A program made the translations under genes and the position numbers. The notes beneath the pieces were generated by a model. That model worked only from the letters and a program-made list of their open reading frames with translations, was not told the DNA's origin and ran no database searches. This document shows positions 17,356 through 27,919 of a DNA stretch of 64,000 bases, piece after piece. Positions within the stretch are counted from its first letter, which is position 1, and each line of letters begins with the position of its first letter. Source of the stretch: a virus (taxonomy: Duplodnaviria > Heunggongvirae > Uroviricota > Caudoviricetes); the IMG/VR virus record IMGVR_UViG_3300025162_000019, positions 74,826-138,825 of that record; one strand, 5' to 3'.

Positions 17356-18762
17356 ATGTCACGATTGGATAACTATTTGATTGAAAAGATTTCTAAAATA
17401 GAGTATAATGATATTCTGAATGATAAGTCTGTTGTAATAGGAGCGGAATTTGAGTTCTATCAGACTAGTCATAAAGATATGATTGGTTCTGGCAATAATG
17501 ATGAAGATTGGGCTGATTTCTATTATTTTACAGAGCAAATGACAAAGTATGAAGCTGATATGGAAGATTATGAAGAAGCTGAAATGGCGTATGGAAATTA
17601 TCAAAGTGAATATGATGATTGGGTAGAAGCAGGTAAAACATATGAAGAGCCAGAAGAACCAGATGCGCCGAATAAGCCAGAGCCACCCGAAATACCAGAA
17701 TATGTATTAAATGTTGAGAATACAAGAGAAATAAATAATATGATAGCGAGAGGTTATATACCTGATCCTACTTATTATACAAATATGGAAAATGATAACC
17801 AAGAAGTAATAAACAGAATTGAATCTGAAGTAGGTGATTTGATAAGTGATACTGATAACTGGGAGTTTAAAGGCGATTCATCATTAGAAACAGAAGGTAT
17901 ATCAAGTCTTGGTATAGAGATTGCTACATCACCAATGACATTAGCTGAGTTTCTTGATGTAGTACCTAAAGTATTTGATTATATAGATTATACTGATGAT
18001 ACTTGTGGATTTCATGTGTCTATTAGTTTTGAAGGCATGAACTTAAAGGATGATTTTGATTCATTTAAGATAGCCTTATTCATGGAAGAAGAATATGTAT
18101 ATAAGTATTTTAAGTCCAGAAAGGGCAATCAGTATGCTAAATCAGCATTTAGTGATGTTATTAAAAAGGGAAACTTCAAGCCTGATATACTAAAAAATCT
18201 TATAGATAAGAAGAAGGCTAACAGATCAATAACAAGTAGTCACTACATGGGTATAAACATAGAAAATATAAGTGAATATGACACAGACAGTAGAGTAGAG
18301 TTTAGATACTTAGGCAATAAGGACTATCATAAGAAATGGCCTGAGATTAAGAATATCATTGTAAGATATGTATACTTTATGAAGTTAGCTTGTGATCCTA
18401 ACTATAAAAAGAAAGAATACTTAACAAAGATACAGAGAATGATAAACAAGATAGAGTTTGTAAGATTAGGCTCATTTATGGATGGTATTAAATCAATAAT
18501 AGATGGCGGTAAATTTATAGATTGGAAGATAGATCAAATCAATAGTATGCTTGAAGGAGAGGGTGTAGCAAAAGATTTAGCTGAGAAGTATTTTAGTGAT
18601 TTTGAATATGATACACTTCAAGATTATAATAGTGAAATGCTAAACGCATATCTTACAAAGGCGTATAGAAAAATGCAACAAGATTATAAAATGATTGGTT
18701 CATCAATTAAACTAACAAGTCGTGAAAAAACTTTAATAGATGCATATGTACTAGGAGTGTAA
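17356..18762 (+). CDS. putative amidoligase (Amidoligase_2 / GCS2-like family)
   Basis: N-terminal VVIGAEFEFYQT (Gx-E-F-E motif typical of glutamine-synthetase-like amidoligases); acidic insert; paralogue follows. Confidence 0.45.
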   Translation: MSRLDNYLIEKISKIEYNDILNDKSVVIGAEFEFYQTSHKDMIGSGNNDEDWADFYYFTEQMTKYEADMEDYEEAEMAYGNYQSEYDDWVEAGKTYEEPEEPDAPNKPEPPEIPEYVLNVENTREINNMIARGYIPDPTYYTNMENDNQEVINRIESEVGDLISDTDNWEFKGDSSLETEGISSLGIEIATSPMTLAEFLDVVPKVFDYIDYTDDTCGFHVSISFEGMNLKDDFDSFKIALFMEEEYVYKYFKSRKGNQYAKSAFSDVIKKGNFKPDILKNLIDKKKANRSITSSHYMGINIENISEYDTDSRVEFRYLGNKDYHKKWPEIKNIIVRYVYFMKLACDPNYKKKEYLTKIQRMINKIEFVRLGSFMDGIKSIIDGGKFIDWKIDQINSMLEGEGVAKDLAEKYFSDFEYDTLQDYNSEMLNAYLTKAYRKMQQDYKMIGSSIKLTSREKTLIDAYVLGV

Positions 18763-18766
18763 GATA

Positions 18767-20041
18767 ATGATACTATTAGAAAAGATAAGTAAGCAAGAGT
18801 TTGATGACGCACTTAAAAATCCAAGAATACGCATCGGAACGGAGTTTGAATTCATGGTGCCGTCATTTATAGAAGCAAATGATGAAAAAATCAAATCAAC
18901 TGAGAGTAGACAAGAACTTGAAGGTGAACTATCACAATATGATGAGGACTTAAATGTATGGGCTGAAGCTGGAGAAGTAGGGCCACCGCCAAAAATACCG
19001 CAAATGATTAAAGACCTTGATCCAACCCTGCAAGATGGTGATGAAATAGATGCTGAAGATTTTGAAGAGTTCTTTGCAGGTGCTAAACAAGACAAGGATG
19101 CATTATTTAAATCTCTAGTTAAAAACAATCTTAAAATGGATGAGTTCATGCCATCCAGCCAGTATTGGGTTACAACAAACGAAAAGGGTAAGAAGGCAGA
19201 TAAATGGGTGGTAAAGCCTGATGGTAGCCTTGGTATAGGTGGAGTTGAAGTTGTTACACCAGTAATGCCATTGGCTGATTTCATGGATATAGTACCTAAG
19301 TTCTTTAGTCACATTGATAAGTATGGTGATACAAATGATTATTGTGGATTTCATATTGGCCTAAGTATAGATGGTATTGGTGATTTGTCTAAAGTGTTGG
19401 ATGTTATCAAGTTAGCCCTATTTACTGATGAGGGATATATCTATAAGGCATTTAAGGAAAGAGAATATAATAAGTATGCCAAGTCTGTACATTCAGCAAT
19501 CAAATCAGGTGAAATAGTTGGTGGTGCATTAGAGCAGGTAATAGACATTGGTAAAGTGCAGAAAGAATACTCAAATGATCACATGATGGCCATTAATATA
19601 GAGCACTTAACAAACTATGGTAAGAATAAGAATAAATATATAGAGTTCAGATACTTAGGAGCAGGTAAGTATCATCAGAAATGGCCAGAGATAAGACGAA
19701 TACTTGCAATGTATTCATACGCCTTGAGTATGGCTTGTGACCCTGAGTATAGAAAGAAAGAATACTTGTTGAGATTGAATAGAGTTATAAACAAAGTTGA
19801 GTTATTTACAAATCTATATAACTATGTTATAATGAACAATGATGTAGGAAGGTCAGAGAAGGAAATTGCTGATTTATTACGAATAGATATAAATAAAGAT
19901 GAGTACTTAAAAAAGGCTAAGACACTAGCCAAATTTGTGAATCTATCTCCTATGGACATTGCTGATATGTTAGAGAATAATGCCAATATGAATAAACAAA
20001 CAGGTGAAGAGATAATGAATCTATACAAGGAGATAAGATAA
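18767..20041 (+). CDS. putative amidoligase, paralogue of 17356-18762
   Basis: IRIGTEFEFMVP; conserved CGFH, EFRYLG, KKWPEI, MACDPEY, KKEYL blocks shared with upstream gene. Confidence 0.45.
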   Translation: MILLEKISKQEFDDALKNPRIRIGTEFEFMVPSFIEANDEKIKSTESRQELEGELSQYDEDLNVWAEAGEVGPPPKIPQMIKDLDPTLQDGDEIDAEDFEEFFAGAKQDKDALFKSLVKNNLKMDEFMPSSQYWVTTNEKGKKADKWVVKPDGSLGIGGVEVVTPVMPLADFMDIVPKFFSHIDKYGDTNDYCGFHIGLSIDGIGDLSKVLDVIKLALFTDEGYIYKAFKEREYNKYAKSVHSAIKSGEIVGGALEQVIDIGKVQKEYSNDHMMAINIEHLTNYGKNKNKYIEFRYLGAGKYHQKWPEIRRILAMYSYALSMACDPEYRKKEYLLRLNRVINKVELFTNLYNYVIMNNDVGRSEKEIADLLRIDINKDEYLKKAKTLAKFVNLSPMDIADMLENNANMNKQTGEEIMNLYKEIR

Positions 20042-20235
20042 TGTCAAGACTAAATAAATATATAAATGAAGAAAAGGAAAAAATATCTAAAGATGTTTCT
20101 GATGATGATAAGAAGATTGTTATAAAGATACAGAATGAAGTAGAGAATGAGAATGAAGATGAGAAATCTGGTTCAGGTGATACTGGATCATTAGAAAAGA
20201 AGATAGACAAAATACTAAAAATATTGGAGAAATAA
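20041..20235 (+). CDS. small acidic/Lys-rich protein (64 aa), candidate peptide substrate of the amidoligases
   Basis: start overlaps stop of amidoligase (ATAATG); low complexity E/D/K. Confidence 0.35.
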   Translation: MSRLNKYINEEKEKISKDVSDDDKKIVIKIQNEVENENEDEKSGSGDTGSLEKKIDKILKILEK

Positions 20236-20382
20236 GATTATGCCATTATGTGCTAGATGTAGAGATTTCTATTAAAACATAGGAAAGAAATAACATCTGA
20301 TGATATAGAGAAGATGTTAGCTAAACAACAACACGGTAAGTTTCTAGCAGCAATATGGAAACTAGCAAAACTATAGGAGTAT

Positions 20383-21264
20383 ATGATAGAACTTAAATAT
20401 AGTTTAAATGATATTAAGGAATATGTTGAAAGTTTTAGATATAAACTTTTATCTACTGAATATATCGGTATTATGTCAAAATTAAAATTAAAATGCCCTG
20501 AAGGCCACATATTTGAAACAAGATATAATAATTTTAAAAACATTAATAGTAGATGCCCTGAATGTAAGGGTAATAGAAAACATACATTAGAAAAAGTTAA
20601 AGAACATATTGAAAGTTTTGATTATAAACTATTATCAACAGAATATAGAAATGCCGATACAAAACTTGAATTAAAATGTCCTTCTGGCCATATTTTTGAT
20701 ATAAAGTATCGTAGCTTTCAACAAGGGCAAAGATGTATGGAATGCTCAGGTAAAAGAAAACATACATTAGATGAAGTTAAAGAATATATTGGGGTGTATG
20801 ATTATAAAGTTTTATCTACTGAATATATTAATTCATATACAAAATTAAAGTTGCAATGCCCTGAAGGTCATATATTTAATATGATGTATCGTAATTTTCA
20901 ACAAGGAGTTAGATGTCCTGAATGTTGTAATAAAAAAGGATGGTCTAAACCAGAAAAGGAAATAGCAAAATATGTTAAAACAATATATTCCGACAAAGTT
21001 ATAGAAAATGATAGAACACAAATTAAAAACTATTGGACAAGTGCAGGTTTAGAATTAGATATATGGCTACCTGAAGTAAAAAAAGCAATAGAGTTTAATG
21101 GTTCTTATTGGCATTCAAATAACAAAACAAAATGGTATGATGAAATGAAGAAAAGGCAGTGTATGAAAAATGAAATTGATTTATTAGTTATAAATGAACA
21201 AGATTGGTATGATGATAAAATGTGCCAACTAAATAAAATAAATGTTTTTATAGGAGAAATGTAA
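20383..21264 (+). CDS. homing-endonuclease-like protein: 3 zinc-ribbon-like repeats + Vsr/DUF559-like nuclease domain
   Basis: 3x (YKLLSTEY...KCPEGH...RCPEC); C-terminus KPEKEIAKYVK...ENDRTQ...LELDIWLPE..AIEFNGSYWH. Confidence 0.6.
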   Translation: MIELKYSLNDIKEYVESFRYKLLSTEYIGIMSKLKLKCPEGHIFETRYNNFKNINSRCPECKGNRKHTLEKVKEHIESFDYKLLSTEYRNADTKLELKCPSGHIFDIKYRSFQQGQRCMECSGKRKHTLDEVKEYIGVYDYKVLSTEYINSYTKLKLQCPEGHIFNMMYRNFQQGVRCPECCNKKGWSKPEKEIAKYVKTIYSDKVIENDRTQIKNYWTSAGLELDIWLPEVKKAIEFNGSYWHSNNKTKWYDEMKKRQCMKNEIDLLVINEQDWYDDKMCQLNKINVFIGEM

Positions 21265-21265
21265 A

Positions 21266-21523
21266 ATGAGTAGATGCGTGAAATGCCATGAACTAATGCC
21301 ACCAGAATTAACTATGGAAATAGAAAATGATAAAAAAATGTGTATTTTTTGTAAGAGAGATACCAATGAGATTATAAATAATGGCATAAAGATTACAAGG
21401 ACAGAAACGATTAAAGAATATAAAATGTTTTTAGATGAATTAAGAGGGCGTGCTGATTTACTGCGTGACTATGAATCAGGTAAGATAGACTTAAAGAACA
21501 TATCAAGGATCATAAAACCATAA
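21266..21523 (+). CDS. hypothetical Cys-containing small protein
   Basis: 85 aa; CVKCHE...CIFCK. Confidence 0.4.
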   Translation: MSRCVKCHELMPPELTMEIENDKKMCIFCKRDTNEIINNGIKITRTETIKEYKMFLDELRGRADLLRDYESGKIDLKNISRIIKP

Positions 21524-21535
21524 AGGAGAAGAATA

Positions 21536-21688
21536 ATGATAGCTAACGAAGATAACATTAAAATGATTGAGTTTTTACAAGCCGGTATATGTGATCTTGT
21601 GGAAACTAGTAAAGACCTAACTGATAAGATAGCACGATTACAAAATATCCTACTTGACCTTATAAAATATAACTTGACAAATAGGTAA
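21536..21688 (+). CDS. small hypothetical protein (50 aa)
   Basis: RBS AAAGGAGAAG. Confidence 0.3.
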   Translation: MIANEDNIKMIEFLQAGICDLVETSKDLTDKIARLQNILLDLIKYNLTNR

Positions 21689-21702
21689 AAATGTAGTATC
21701 AT
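21674..21702 (+). promoter_or_regulatory. sigma-70-type promoter
   Basis: TTGACA-N17-TATCAT with TG. Confidence 0.5.
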
Positions 21703-21729
21703 TAAAATAAAAAGGAGTGTATTTATATT

Positions 21730-21915
21730 ATGATGATATGTGTTGATGATTTTGAGATTATTCGTTTAAAGGTTATAAGTCTTAGACATGAGCTAGAAAC
21801 ACTGGAAGAAAGATTAAATGAGTTGAAGATGGAGCATTTAGAATCATATAATGATCTGATTGATGATGATAATATATATGATATTGCAGTCGAGGATTGG
21901 GAAGGAAGGTATTAA
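21730..21915 (+). CDS. hypothetical protein
   Basis: 61 aa; RBS AAAGGAG. Confidence 0.35.
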   Translation: MMICVDDFEIIRLKVISLRHELETLEERLNELKMEHLESYNDLIDDDNIYDIAVEDWEGRY

Positions 21916-21918
21916 GCA

Positions 21919-22431
21919 ATGGAAAATGTTATTTTATTAAATGGTGACTTTACAATTTTGGGTTTCATAGGTTGGAAGAAAGCCATTAAGTTGATTGTAA
22001 AGAAGAGAGTTGAAGTCATTAGTTATTCTGAGCGTATTATTCATAATTTTGAAAATACTATTAGAATGGCGATTCCTGCGGTTTTGCGATTACTTAAAGT
22101 AGTTCGTAAGCTATTTGGTGTTAGAGTGCCATTAAGCAAAAGAAATGTTCTGATACGCGATGGCCATAAGTGTGCATACTGCGGTAAGGTAAATAAGAAA
22201 GGTATGACCATTGATCATGTATTGCCAAAATCAAAGGGTGGCAAAACATCATTTGATAACTTGGTAACTGCTTGTGTGCATTGTAACAACAAGAAGGACA
22301 ACAAAACTTGCAAAGAAGCAGGAATATATCCAAAATTTAAGCCTTTCACACCAACTATAAATCAATTCCTACAAATTCAATTAGAAGGTAATGGAATAGT
22401 TAAAACATTAAAAAATTTAGGTATTTTATAA
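21919..22431 (+). CDS. HNH endonuclease
   Basis: HKCAYCG...DHVLPKSKGG...DNLVTACVHCNNKK. Confidence 0.65.
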   Translation: MENVILLNGDFTILGFIGWKKAIKLIVKKRVEVISYSERIIHNFENTIRMAIPAVLRLLKVVRKLFGVRVPLSKRNVLIRDGHKCAYCGKVNKKGMTIDHVLPKSKGGKTSFDNLVTACVHCNNKKDNKTCKEAGIYPKFKPFTPTINQFLQIQLEGNGIVKTLKNLGIL

Positions 22432-22433
22432 TA

Positions 22434-22949
22434 ATGCCTAAAAGGCTAGATTATATAGATGCTAAAGAATATATTGAGAATTTTAGTTATAAATTATTAT
22501 CTACTGAATATATTAATGCTCTTTCTAAATTAAAATTACAATGCCCTGAAGGCCATACATTTAAAATGCATTATAGTCACTTTAAAAGAGGTATACGATG
22601 CCCTGAATGTGCATCAGCATTAAAATGGTCTAAGCCAGAAAAGGAAATAGCTGAATATATTAAAAAACATTATATAGGTGAAGTAATTGAAAATGATAGA
22701 ACACAAATAACAAACCATAAAACTGGTAAGAACCTTGAACTTGATGTATGGCTACCAGAGTTGTCTAAAGCCATTGAATATAACGGACTTCATTGGCATA
22801 ATAATGATAAAGTAAAGTGTCGTGATAATATAAAAAGAAAGCAATGTGTTGAAAAGAAAATAGAGTTACTTATAATAGAAGATAAAGATTGGTATGATGA
22901 TAAAGTATGTTGTCTAAATAAAATAAATGAACTAATAGGTATTTTATAG
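22434..22949 (+). CDS. homing-endonuclease-like protein (1 zinc-ribbon repeat + Vsr/DUF559-like domain)
   Basis: QCPEGH...RCPEC; LELDVWLPE..AIEYNGLHWH. Confidence 0.55.
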   Translation: MPKRLDYIDAKEYIENFSYKLLSTEYINALSKLKLQCPEGHTFKMHYSHFKRGIRCPECASALKWSKPEKEIAEYIKKHYIGEVIENDRTQITNHKTGKNLELDVWLPELSKAIEYNGLHWHNNDKVKCRDNIKRKQCVEKKIELLIIEDKDWYDDKVCCLNKINELIGIL

Positions 22950-23363
22950 ATGAAAAAGATAAGCAGCATAACTGACAAGTTTTTTACATGGATTGCCGAT
23001 AACTTAGGTACAGATATTGTTATAGTTTTATTTACACTAATAGCTATTGTACCACTATTTTATCAAACACCTAGAAATATTCTTGAATGGCAACAGTGGA
23101 CTTCACAAACTGCTATACAATTAATAGCATTAGCTATTCTAGCCAAAGTATCTAAAATAGAAGGTGGTAAACAGAGTAAACTAATACAAGAAACACATGA
23201 TATAACTATGAATGAAATTGGTGTAATGAAAGAAACACATGATACCGAATTAAAAGAAATAGTTATGCTAAAGGATATGCATAAAACTTTAATAGAAGAA
23301 ATGAAATTGTTAAAAGATGAACATAAAGTTATGAATAAGATTTTGAAGGCTGTTTGTAAATAA
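22950..23363 (+). CDS. membrane protein with coiled-coil C-terminus
   Basis: TM segment IVIVLFTLIAIVPLF. Confidence 0.4.
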   Translation: MKKISSITDKFFTWIADNLGTDIVIVLFTLIAIVPLFYQTPRNILEWQQWTSQTAIQLIALAILAKVSKIEGGKQSKLIQETHDITMNEIGVMKETHDTELKEIVMLKDMHKTLIEEMKLLKDEHKVMNKILKAVCK

Positions 23364-23390
23364 AATATAATAAAAATATAGAAAAATAAG

Positions 23391-23425
23391 AGGATAGTTA
23401 TTAATTTAACTATCCTTTTTGTTTA
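23391..23425 (+). terminator. rho-independent terminator
   Basis: AGGATAGTT-9 nt-AACTATCCT then TTTTTGTTT. Confidence 0.55.
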
Positions 23426-23456
23426 CAAGTAACTGGTTATGTGGTATAAATATAGG

Positions 23457-24332
23457 ATGAGTAAAAAATATACAATAGAAGAAATAAAACTATACATTGA
23501 AAGTTTTGGATATACATTATTATCTACTGAATATAATAAAGCACTTTCTAAATTAGACCTTCAATGTCCTGAAGGTCATTTATTTAAAATGAGATATAAT
23601 AATTTTAAGAATCAAAGTCAACGATGCTCTATTTGTTTTGGTACACCTAAGAAAACAATAGAAGAAGTTAGAAATTATATTGAAAGTTTTAATTATAACC
23701 TTCTTTCTACTGTGTATATAAATAATAAAGAAAAATTAGTATTGCAATGCCCTGAAGGTCATATAATAAAAATACGATTGGATAGTTTTAGTCATGGAAC
23801 TAGATGTTCAATATGTTCTGGTAATGATAAAAATTCTATTGAAAAAATTAAAAAGCATATAGAAAGTTTTGATTATAAACTATTATCAACAGAGTATATA
23901 AATAATAAATCAAAAATAAAATTACAATGTAGTAAAAATCATACATATCAAGCTTCTTATCATAGATTTCAACAAGGTGATAGATGCCCTTTATGTGCAA
24001 ATAGTGAAGGTAAATCAAAACCCGAAAAAGAAATTGTTGAACATATTAAAATAAATTACTATAAAGATATAATAGAAAATGATAGAACACAAGTTAAAAA
24101 CTTTTGGTCTAATCGTAATTTGGAGCTGGATATATTTTTACCTGATATATCTAAAGCAATAGAATTTAATGGTATATATTGGCATAAAAATAATAATGTA
24201 AAATGGAAAGATGAAATGAAAAGAAAACAATGTATTCAAAAAGGTATTGAGTTATTAGTTATACAAGAGCAAGATTGGTATAATGATAAGTTATGTTGTT
24301 TAAATAAAATAAATGAGTTAATAGGTGCTTAA
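23457..24332 (+). CDS. homing-endonuclease-like protein (3 repeats + Vsr/DUF559-like domain)
   Basis: ATG 23457 downstream of TTTACA-N17-TATAAA promoter; same architecture. Confidence 0.6.
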   Translation: MSKKYTIEEIKLYIESFGYTLLSTEYNKALSKLDLQCPEGHLFKMRYNNFKNQSQRCSICFGTPKKTIEEVRNYIESFNYNLLSTVYINNKEKLVLQCPEGHIIKIRLDSFSHGTRCSICSGNDKNSIEKIKKHIESFDYKLLSTEYINNKSKIKLQCSKNHTYQASYHRFQQGDRCPLCANSEGKSKPEKEIVEHIKINYYKDIIENDRTQVKNFWSNRNLELDIFLPDISKAIEFNGIYWHKNNNVKWKDEMKRKQCIQKGIELLVIQEQDWYNDKLCCLNKINELIGA

Positions 24333-25465
24333 TGAATGAATTACAAGTTGTTGAAAGAGGTATTTTTAATTTATTTTCGTTTTTAGGTGATAATAGTGGA
24401 TGCGGACATATAAGAGTTATATTTCCTTACTTATATATACCACATTTGAGAGCTGAAGGATATAAGTTTGGTGCACAGTACTCTAGTTATTTTATTGATG
24501 ATCTTAATTTTTACAAACAATTCACACTAGTACAGTTTCAAAGGTCAGCAACAAAAGATCAGTTGAACATGATTAAGCATTTCAAAAATCAGGTTCAGAA
24601 GTTTCATAAAATTGCTATAGTTTATGAAATAGATGATTTACTTACGGAAATTCCAGAATGGAATTTTGCTTGTGCCTATTACAAAGAAAATCTTAAACAC
24701 ATTGAAGAAATGATGCAGATAGTTGATGGCATAACAGTATCAACAGAATATCTTAAAAATATATATACAAAATATAATTCAAAGATTGCCGTTGTTCCTA
24801 ATCGTTTATGTAAGATGCTATGGGGTGAGATTGAGCCAGCACATGAACGAAGAGAGCCTAATAAGAAAATTCGTATTGGGTATCACGGTTCCGGTAATCA
24901 TTTCTGTGATAGTAGGAGTAAAGAGTATAAAGATGGTATTCGCGGTGGTGATTTCAATGATAAACTATTAAACTATATAAGAAAAACAGTCGATGATGTG
25001 CAGTGGGTATTTTCTGGTGCTATACCACCTGAGTTAAATGATGTTAGAGATAAGATAGAGTATCATAACTGGGTAAATGTTTTAGAGTTTCCAAGTAAGG
25101 TTAAGTCACATAAACTTGATATATGCTTAGCACCATTAATAGATAACATATTCAATAGGAGCAAAAGCAATATAAAGTTATTAGAATCAGTAGCACTAGG
25201 TATACCAATAGTTTGTTCTGATCTTGAGTCATATAAGGAATCGTATCTTAAAACAAATGACGATGATGAGTTTATAGGATATATTGAGAAATTGGTTGCT
25301 GATCAGGATTTTAGAAGGTTGACATTTGAGAAAAACTATGATACAATAGGTTTACAAGATAAGTTATGGTGGGAAGGTAGAGACAGAAATTATAGTAATG
25401 TCTATAAGTATGTTGATTCTTATCTATCATTATTTGGCAAGAGGTTAAAAGATGGCATTTATTGA
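24332..25465 (+). CDS. putative GT-B fold glycosyltransferase
   Basis: 377 aa; C-terminal LESVALGIPIVCSD resembles GT-B donor-binding region; weak. Confidence 0.3.
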   Translation: MNELQVVERGIFNLFSFLGDNSGCGHIRVIFPYLYIPHLRAEGYKFGAQYSSYFIDDLNFYKQFTLVQFQRSATKDQLNMIKHFKNQVQKFHKIAIVYEIDDLLTEIPEWNFACAYYKENLKHIEEMMQIVDGITVSTEYLKNIYTKYNSKIAVVPNRLCKMLWGEIEPAHERREPNKKIRIGYHGSGNHFCDSRSKEYKDGIRGGDFNDKLLNYIRKTVDDVQWVFSGAIPPELNDVRDKIEYHNWVNVLEFPSKVKSHKLDICLAPLIDNIFNRSKSNIKLLESVALGIPIVCSDLESYKESYLKTNDDDEFIGYIEKLVADQDFRRLTFEKNYDTIGLQDKLWWEGRDRNYSNVYKYVDSYLSLFGKRLKDGIY

Positions 25466-25670
25466 AATAGTAAAAGGTAAAAAGTATATAGGAAGATTTA
25501 AGGCCTCTAGCATACTAACACAGTTTAGTGTTGTTGGTATATCAAAGACAAAGAAATATGTTCAACTAAGAGGTATAAATAATTCTGGTGATTCTTATTT
25601 TAAGTGGGAAGATGTGGACAATTTAACTATATTAGATGAAATTGATGAATGTGAGGAAATGGATGATTAG
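25452..25670 (+). CDS. hypothetical protein
   Basis: 72 aa. Confidence 0.35.
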   Translation: MAFIEIVKGKKYIGRFKASSILTQFSVVGISKTKKYVQLRGINNSGDSYFKWEDVDNLTILDEIDECEEMDD

Positions 25671-26268
25671 TATAGAAGATATATACGTTAAGTTTAGAAA
25701 GGCGCAGAGTGTTTATAGTAATAGACCATATAAGATACCAAAAGATATATCAGCATTCCTTGAGAAGAGATTGACCGAAGTAAATCTGAAGAATATGCAG
25801 AAACTAGCAGATGCATTGAATACAAACTATAGAAATGTAGATGTTGATAGGTATTTAGAATATGGTTTTGAATTGTTTGGTAAGAATTTTTCATATATAA
25901 AATTCCTTGATCCTAGATTGATAAACTTTTACATTATGAAGGATAAGAACTTTAAGAGAGATATGGAGTTGACCATCGCTAACATAGATAAATCTATTGC
26001 ATTTGTAAAAGATTTTATGTCAGTAGGTGCAGCATCTATTTACCTGAGATATGGACAGTTGAGGGATGGCTATGATAGCATTGCTATTCATCATTTCATT
26101 AAAGGTAAGATTGATAGATATTTTCTAACATGGCTTATCTTTAAGAACTATCTGGTACTTTTAGATGGCGATAGAGAACTTATACCATTAATAACTGAGC
26201 AGTATCGAAACTACATTTTTGAACTGAAAAAGATGGGCCTACTTGATGATATAGACAGGAGAACATAA
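25663..26268 (+). CDS. hypothetical protein
   Basis: ATG 25663 after RBS GAGGAAA. Confidence 0.4.
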   Translation: MISIEDIYVKFRKAQSVYSNRPYKIPKDISAFLEKRLTEVNLKNMQKLADALNTNYRNVDVDRYLEYGFELFGKNFSYIKFLDPRLINFYIMKDKNFKRDMELTIANIDKSIAFVKDFMSVGAASIYLRYGQLRDGYDSIAIHHFIKGKIDRYFLTWLIFKNYLVLLDGDRELIPLITEQYRNYIFELKKMGLLDDIDRRT

Positions 26269-26624
26269 TGATATATACATCGCATTATAGATCGCCTAAA
26301 CTTAGAAAGGATATGAATCTGATTGCTATATCATATCTTCAACCACCTGACATCATGGCTAAGTTTGATATTGGTATATATAAACCTTTATGCCCAACTA
26401 AAAAACTAGTTATGGACTATAAACATGGATTACTTACTGTACCTGAATATACAACATTATACTATGAACAAGTATTAGAAAAGTTAGACCCTTATATTGT
26501 ATGCCTAGCATTAAATGGCAATGCTGTATTGTTGTGTTGGGAAAAACCTTTTGAGTTTTGTCATAGACATCTTGTGGCTGAGTGGTTAAATAATAATCTG
26601 AATTGTGGAGTGAGAGAACTATGA
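26268..26624 (+). CDS. hypothetical protein
   Basis: 118 aa. Confidence 0.4.
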   Translation: MIYTSHYRSPKLRKDMNLIAISYLQPPDIMAKFDIGIYKPLCPTKKLVMDYKHGLLTVPEYTTLYYEQVLEKLDPYIVCLALNGNAVLLCWEKPFEFCHRHLVAEWLNNNLNCGVREL

Positions 26625-26762
26625 AATATAATAGGCGAAATGACAAATTGTGGAAAAACCCTGAATTGGCTAAACAAATCCTTTATGGACTTGAAACAGA
26701 GGAAGAAAAGAAAAAGCGTAAGAAGAAGTATGAAGAAGAAAACTTGAATGAGGTAAAAAACG

Positions 26763-27026
26763 ATGGTTGAATGGTATATGAAGAAACCTGTTAAAATACA
26801 AGCAATACAATATGATGGTGAAAACTACCACGAATGTTCATTATTTTGTGATAAATTTATTTCCCTTGATTATGATACAAAAGAAATAAGGATTAAAACA
26901 TTGGAAGGTGAGCATATTTGTAGTTTAGGTGATTTTATCATTAAGGGTATAAAGGATGAATTTTATCCCTGTAAACCAGATATATTTCACTTGACTTATT
27001 CATTAGTTAGTGATATAATAGAATAA
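26763..27026 (+). CDS. hypothetical protein
   Basis: 87 aa. Confidence 0.35.
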   Translation: MVEWYMKKPVKIQAIQYDGENYHECSLFCDKFISLDYDTKEIRIKTLEGEHICSLGDFIIKGIKDEFYPCKPDIFHLTYSLVSDIIE

Positions 27027-27046
27027 AAATAGAAAGGATGATATAA

Positions 27047-27919
27047 ATGATTGCATTATATTGCCATAATGATATGGACGGCAAATGCTCTGGTGCTATT
27101 GCATATAGAGAACTTAGTAAGCAATACGGTATAAATGAAATACTAATGTATGTTGTTGATTATGGAGATAAATTACCTACATTTAAGGCTGAAGATAGCT
27201 TAAAGGCTGTATACATAATGGATTTTAGTTTTGAACCTGAATATATGGATTATCTGATTTCATTAGTAGGTAGAGATAATGTTATATGGATTGATCATCA
27301 TATTTCAGCTATTAAAAAGTTAAATGATTATAGAGATTTGAATGGACTTAGAAGTATTATTATGTCTGGTTGTATGTTGACATTTAGATATTTTTATCCA
27401 GATAAGTTTGCTCCTATGGTTATAGAGCTGGTTGAAGATTTTGATCTGTACATTTATAGATACGGTGATTTAACTAAAGGGTTTCAAGAATGGTCTAACT
27501 ATAATGATACTGAGCCAACTAATATTATTTGGGATCGGTTGCTTACATCTAACTTTGACCAACTAGAAGAACTATCACAAGAAGGTCTAAGATTTAGAGA
27601 AATTAGATTATGGAAGTTAGAGAAGGACATTGAAAGATTAGCATATATTGATGAGATTGATGGCCATAAGTGTTTGAAGATGAACCTTACACAACTGGAT
27701 AGTATTTCAGATGCAGGTGATTTTGTTATAAATATATTAGGGTATGATTTATTTTGGGCATATTCTGATTTTGTAATCAATGGTAAGTTACGAAGGACAA
27801 ATCAGTTACGAAGTCATGTAATTGATGTATCTAAACTTGCAGATAAATTTGGCGGGGGTGGGCACGCTCGTGCAGCAGGGTTTCTGTCTGATATAGGAGA
27901 AAGGAAAGGTGAATGTTGA
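27047..27919 (+). CDS. DHH-DHHA1 family phosphoesterase (NrnA-like)
   Basis: HNDMDGKCSGAI (motif I/II), IDHHIS (DHH), GGGHARAAGF (DHHA1). Confidence 0.6.
   Translation: MIALYCHNDMDGKCSGAIAYRELSKQYGINEILMYVVDYGDKLPTFKAEDSLKAVYIMDFSFEPEYMDYLISLVGRDNVIWIDHHISAIKKLNDYRDLNGLRSIIMSGCMLTFRYFYPDKFAPMVIELVEDFDLYIYRYGDLTKGFQEWSNYNDTEPTNIIWDRLLTSNFDQLEELSQEGLRFREIRLWKLEKDIERLAYIDEIDGHKCLKMNLTQLDSISDAGDFVINILGYDLFWAYSDFVINGKLRRTNQLRSHVIDVSKLADKFGGGGHARAAGFLSDIGERKGEC

Noticed and set aside
18751-19284. 177-aa minus-strand ORF
   Set aside because: It is antisense to the two amidoligase genes, Ser/Thr-rich low complexity, and has no RBS. It is an AT-skew artefact.
21919-22431. Second HNH endonuclease as part of another intron
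   Set aside because: The flanking ORFs are complete and unrelated, no split gene was detected, and no R/S-like core elements were seen. Called free-standing.
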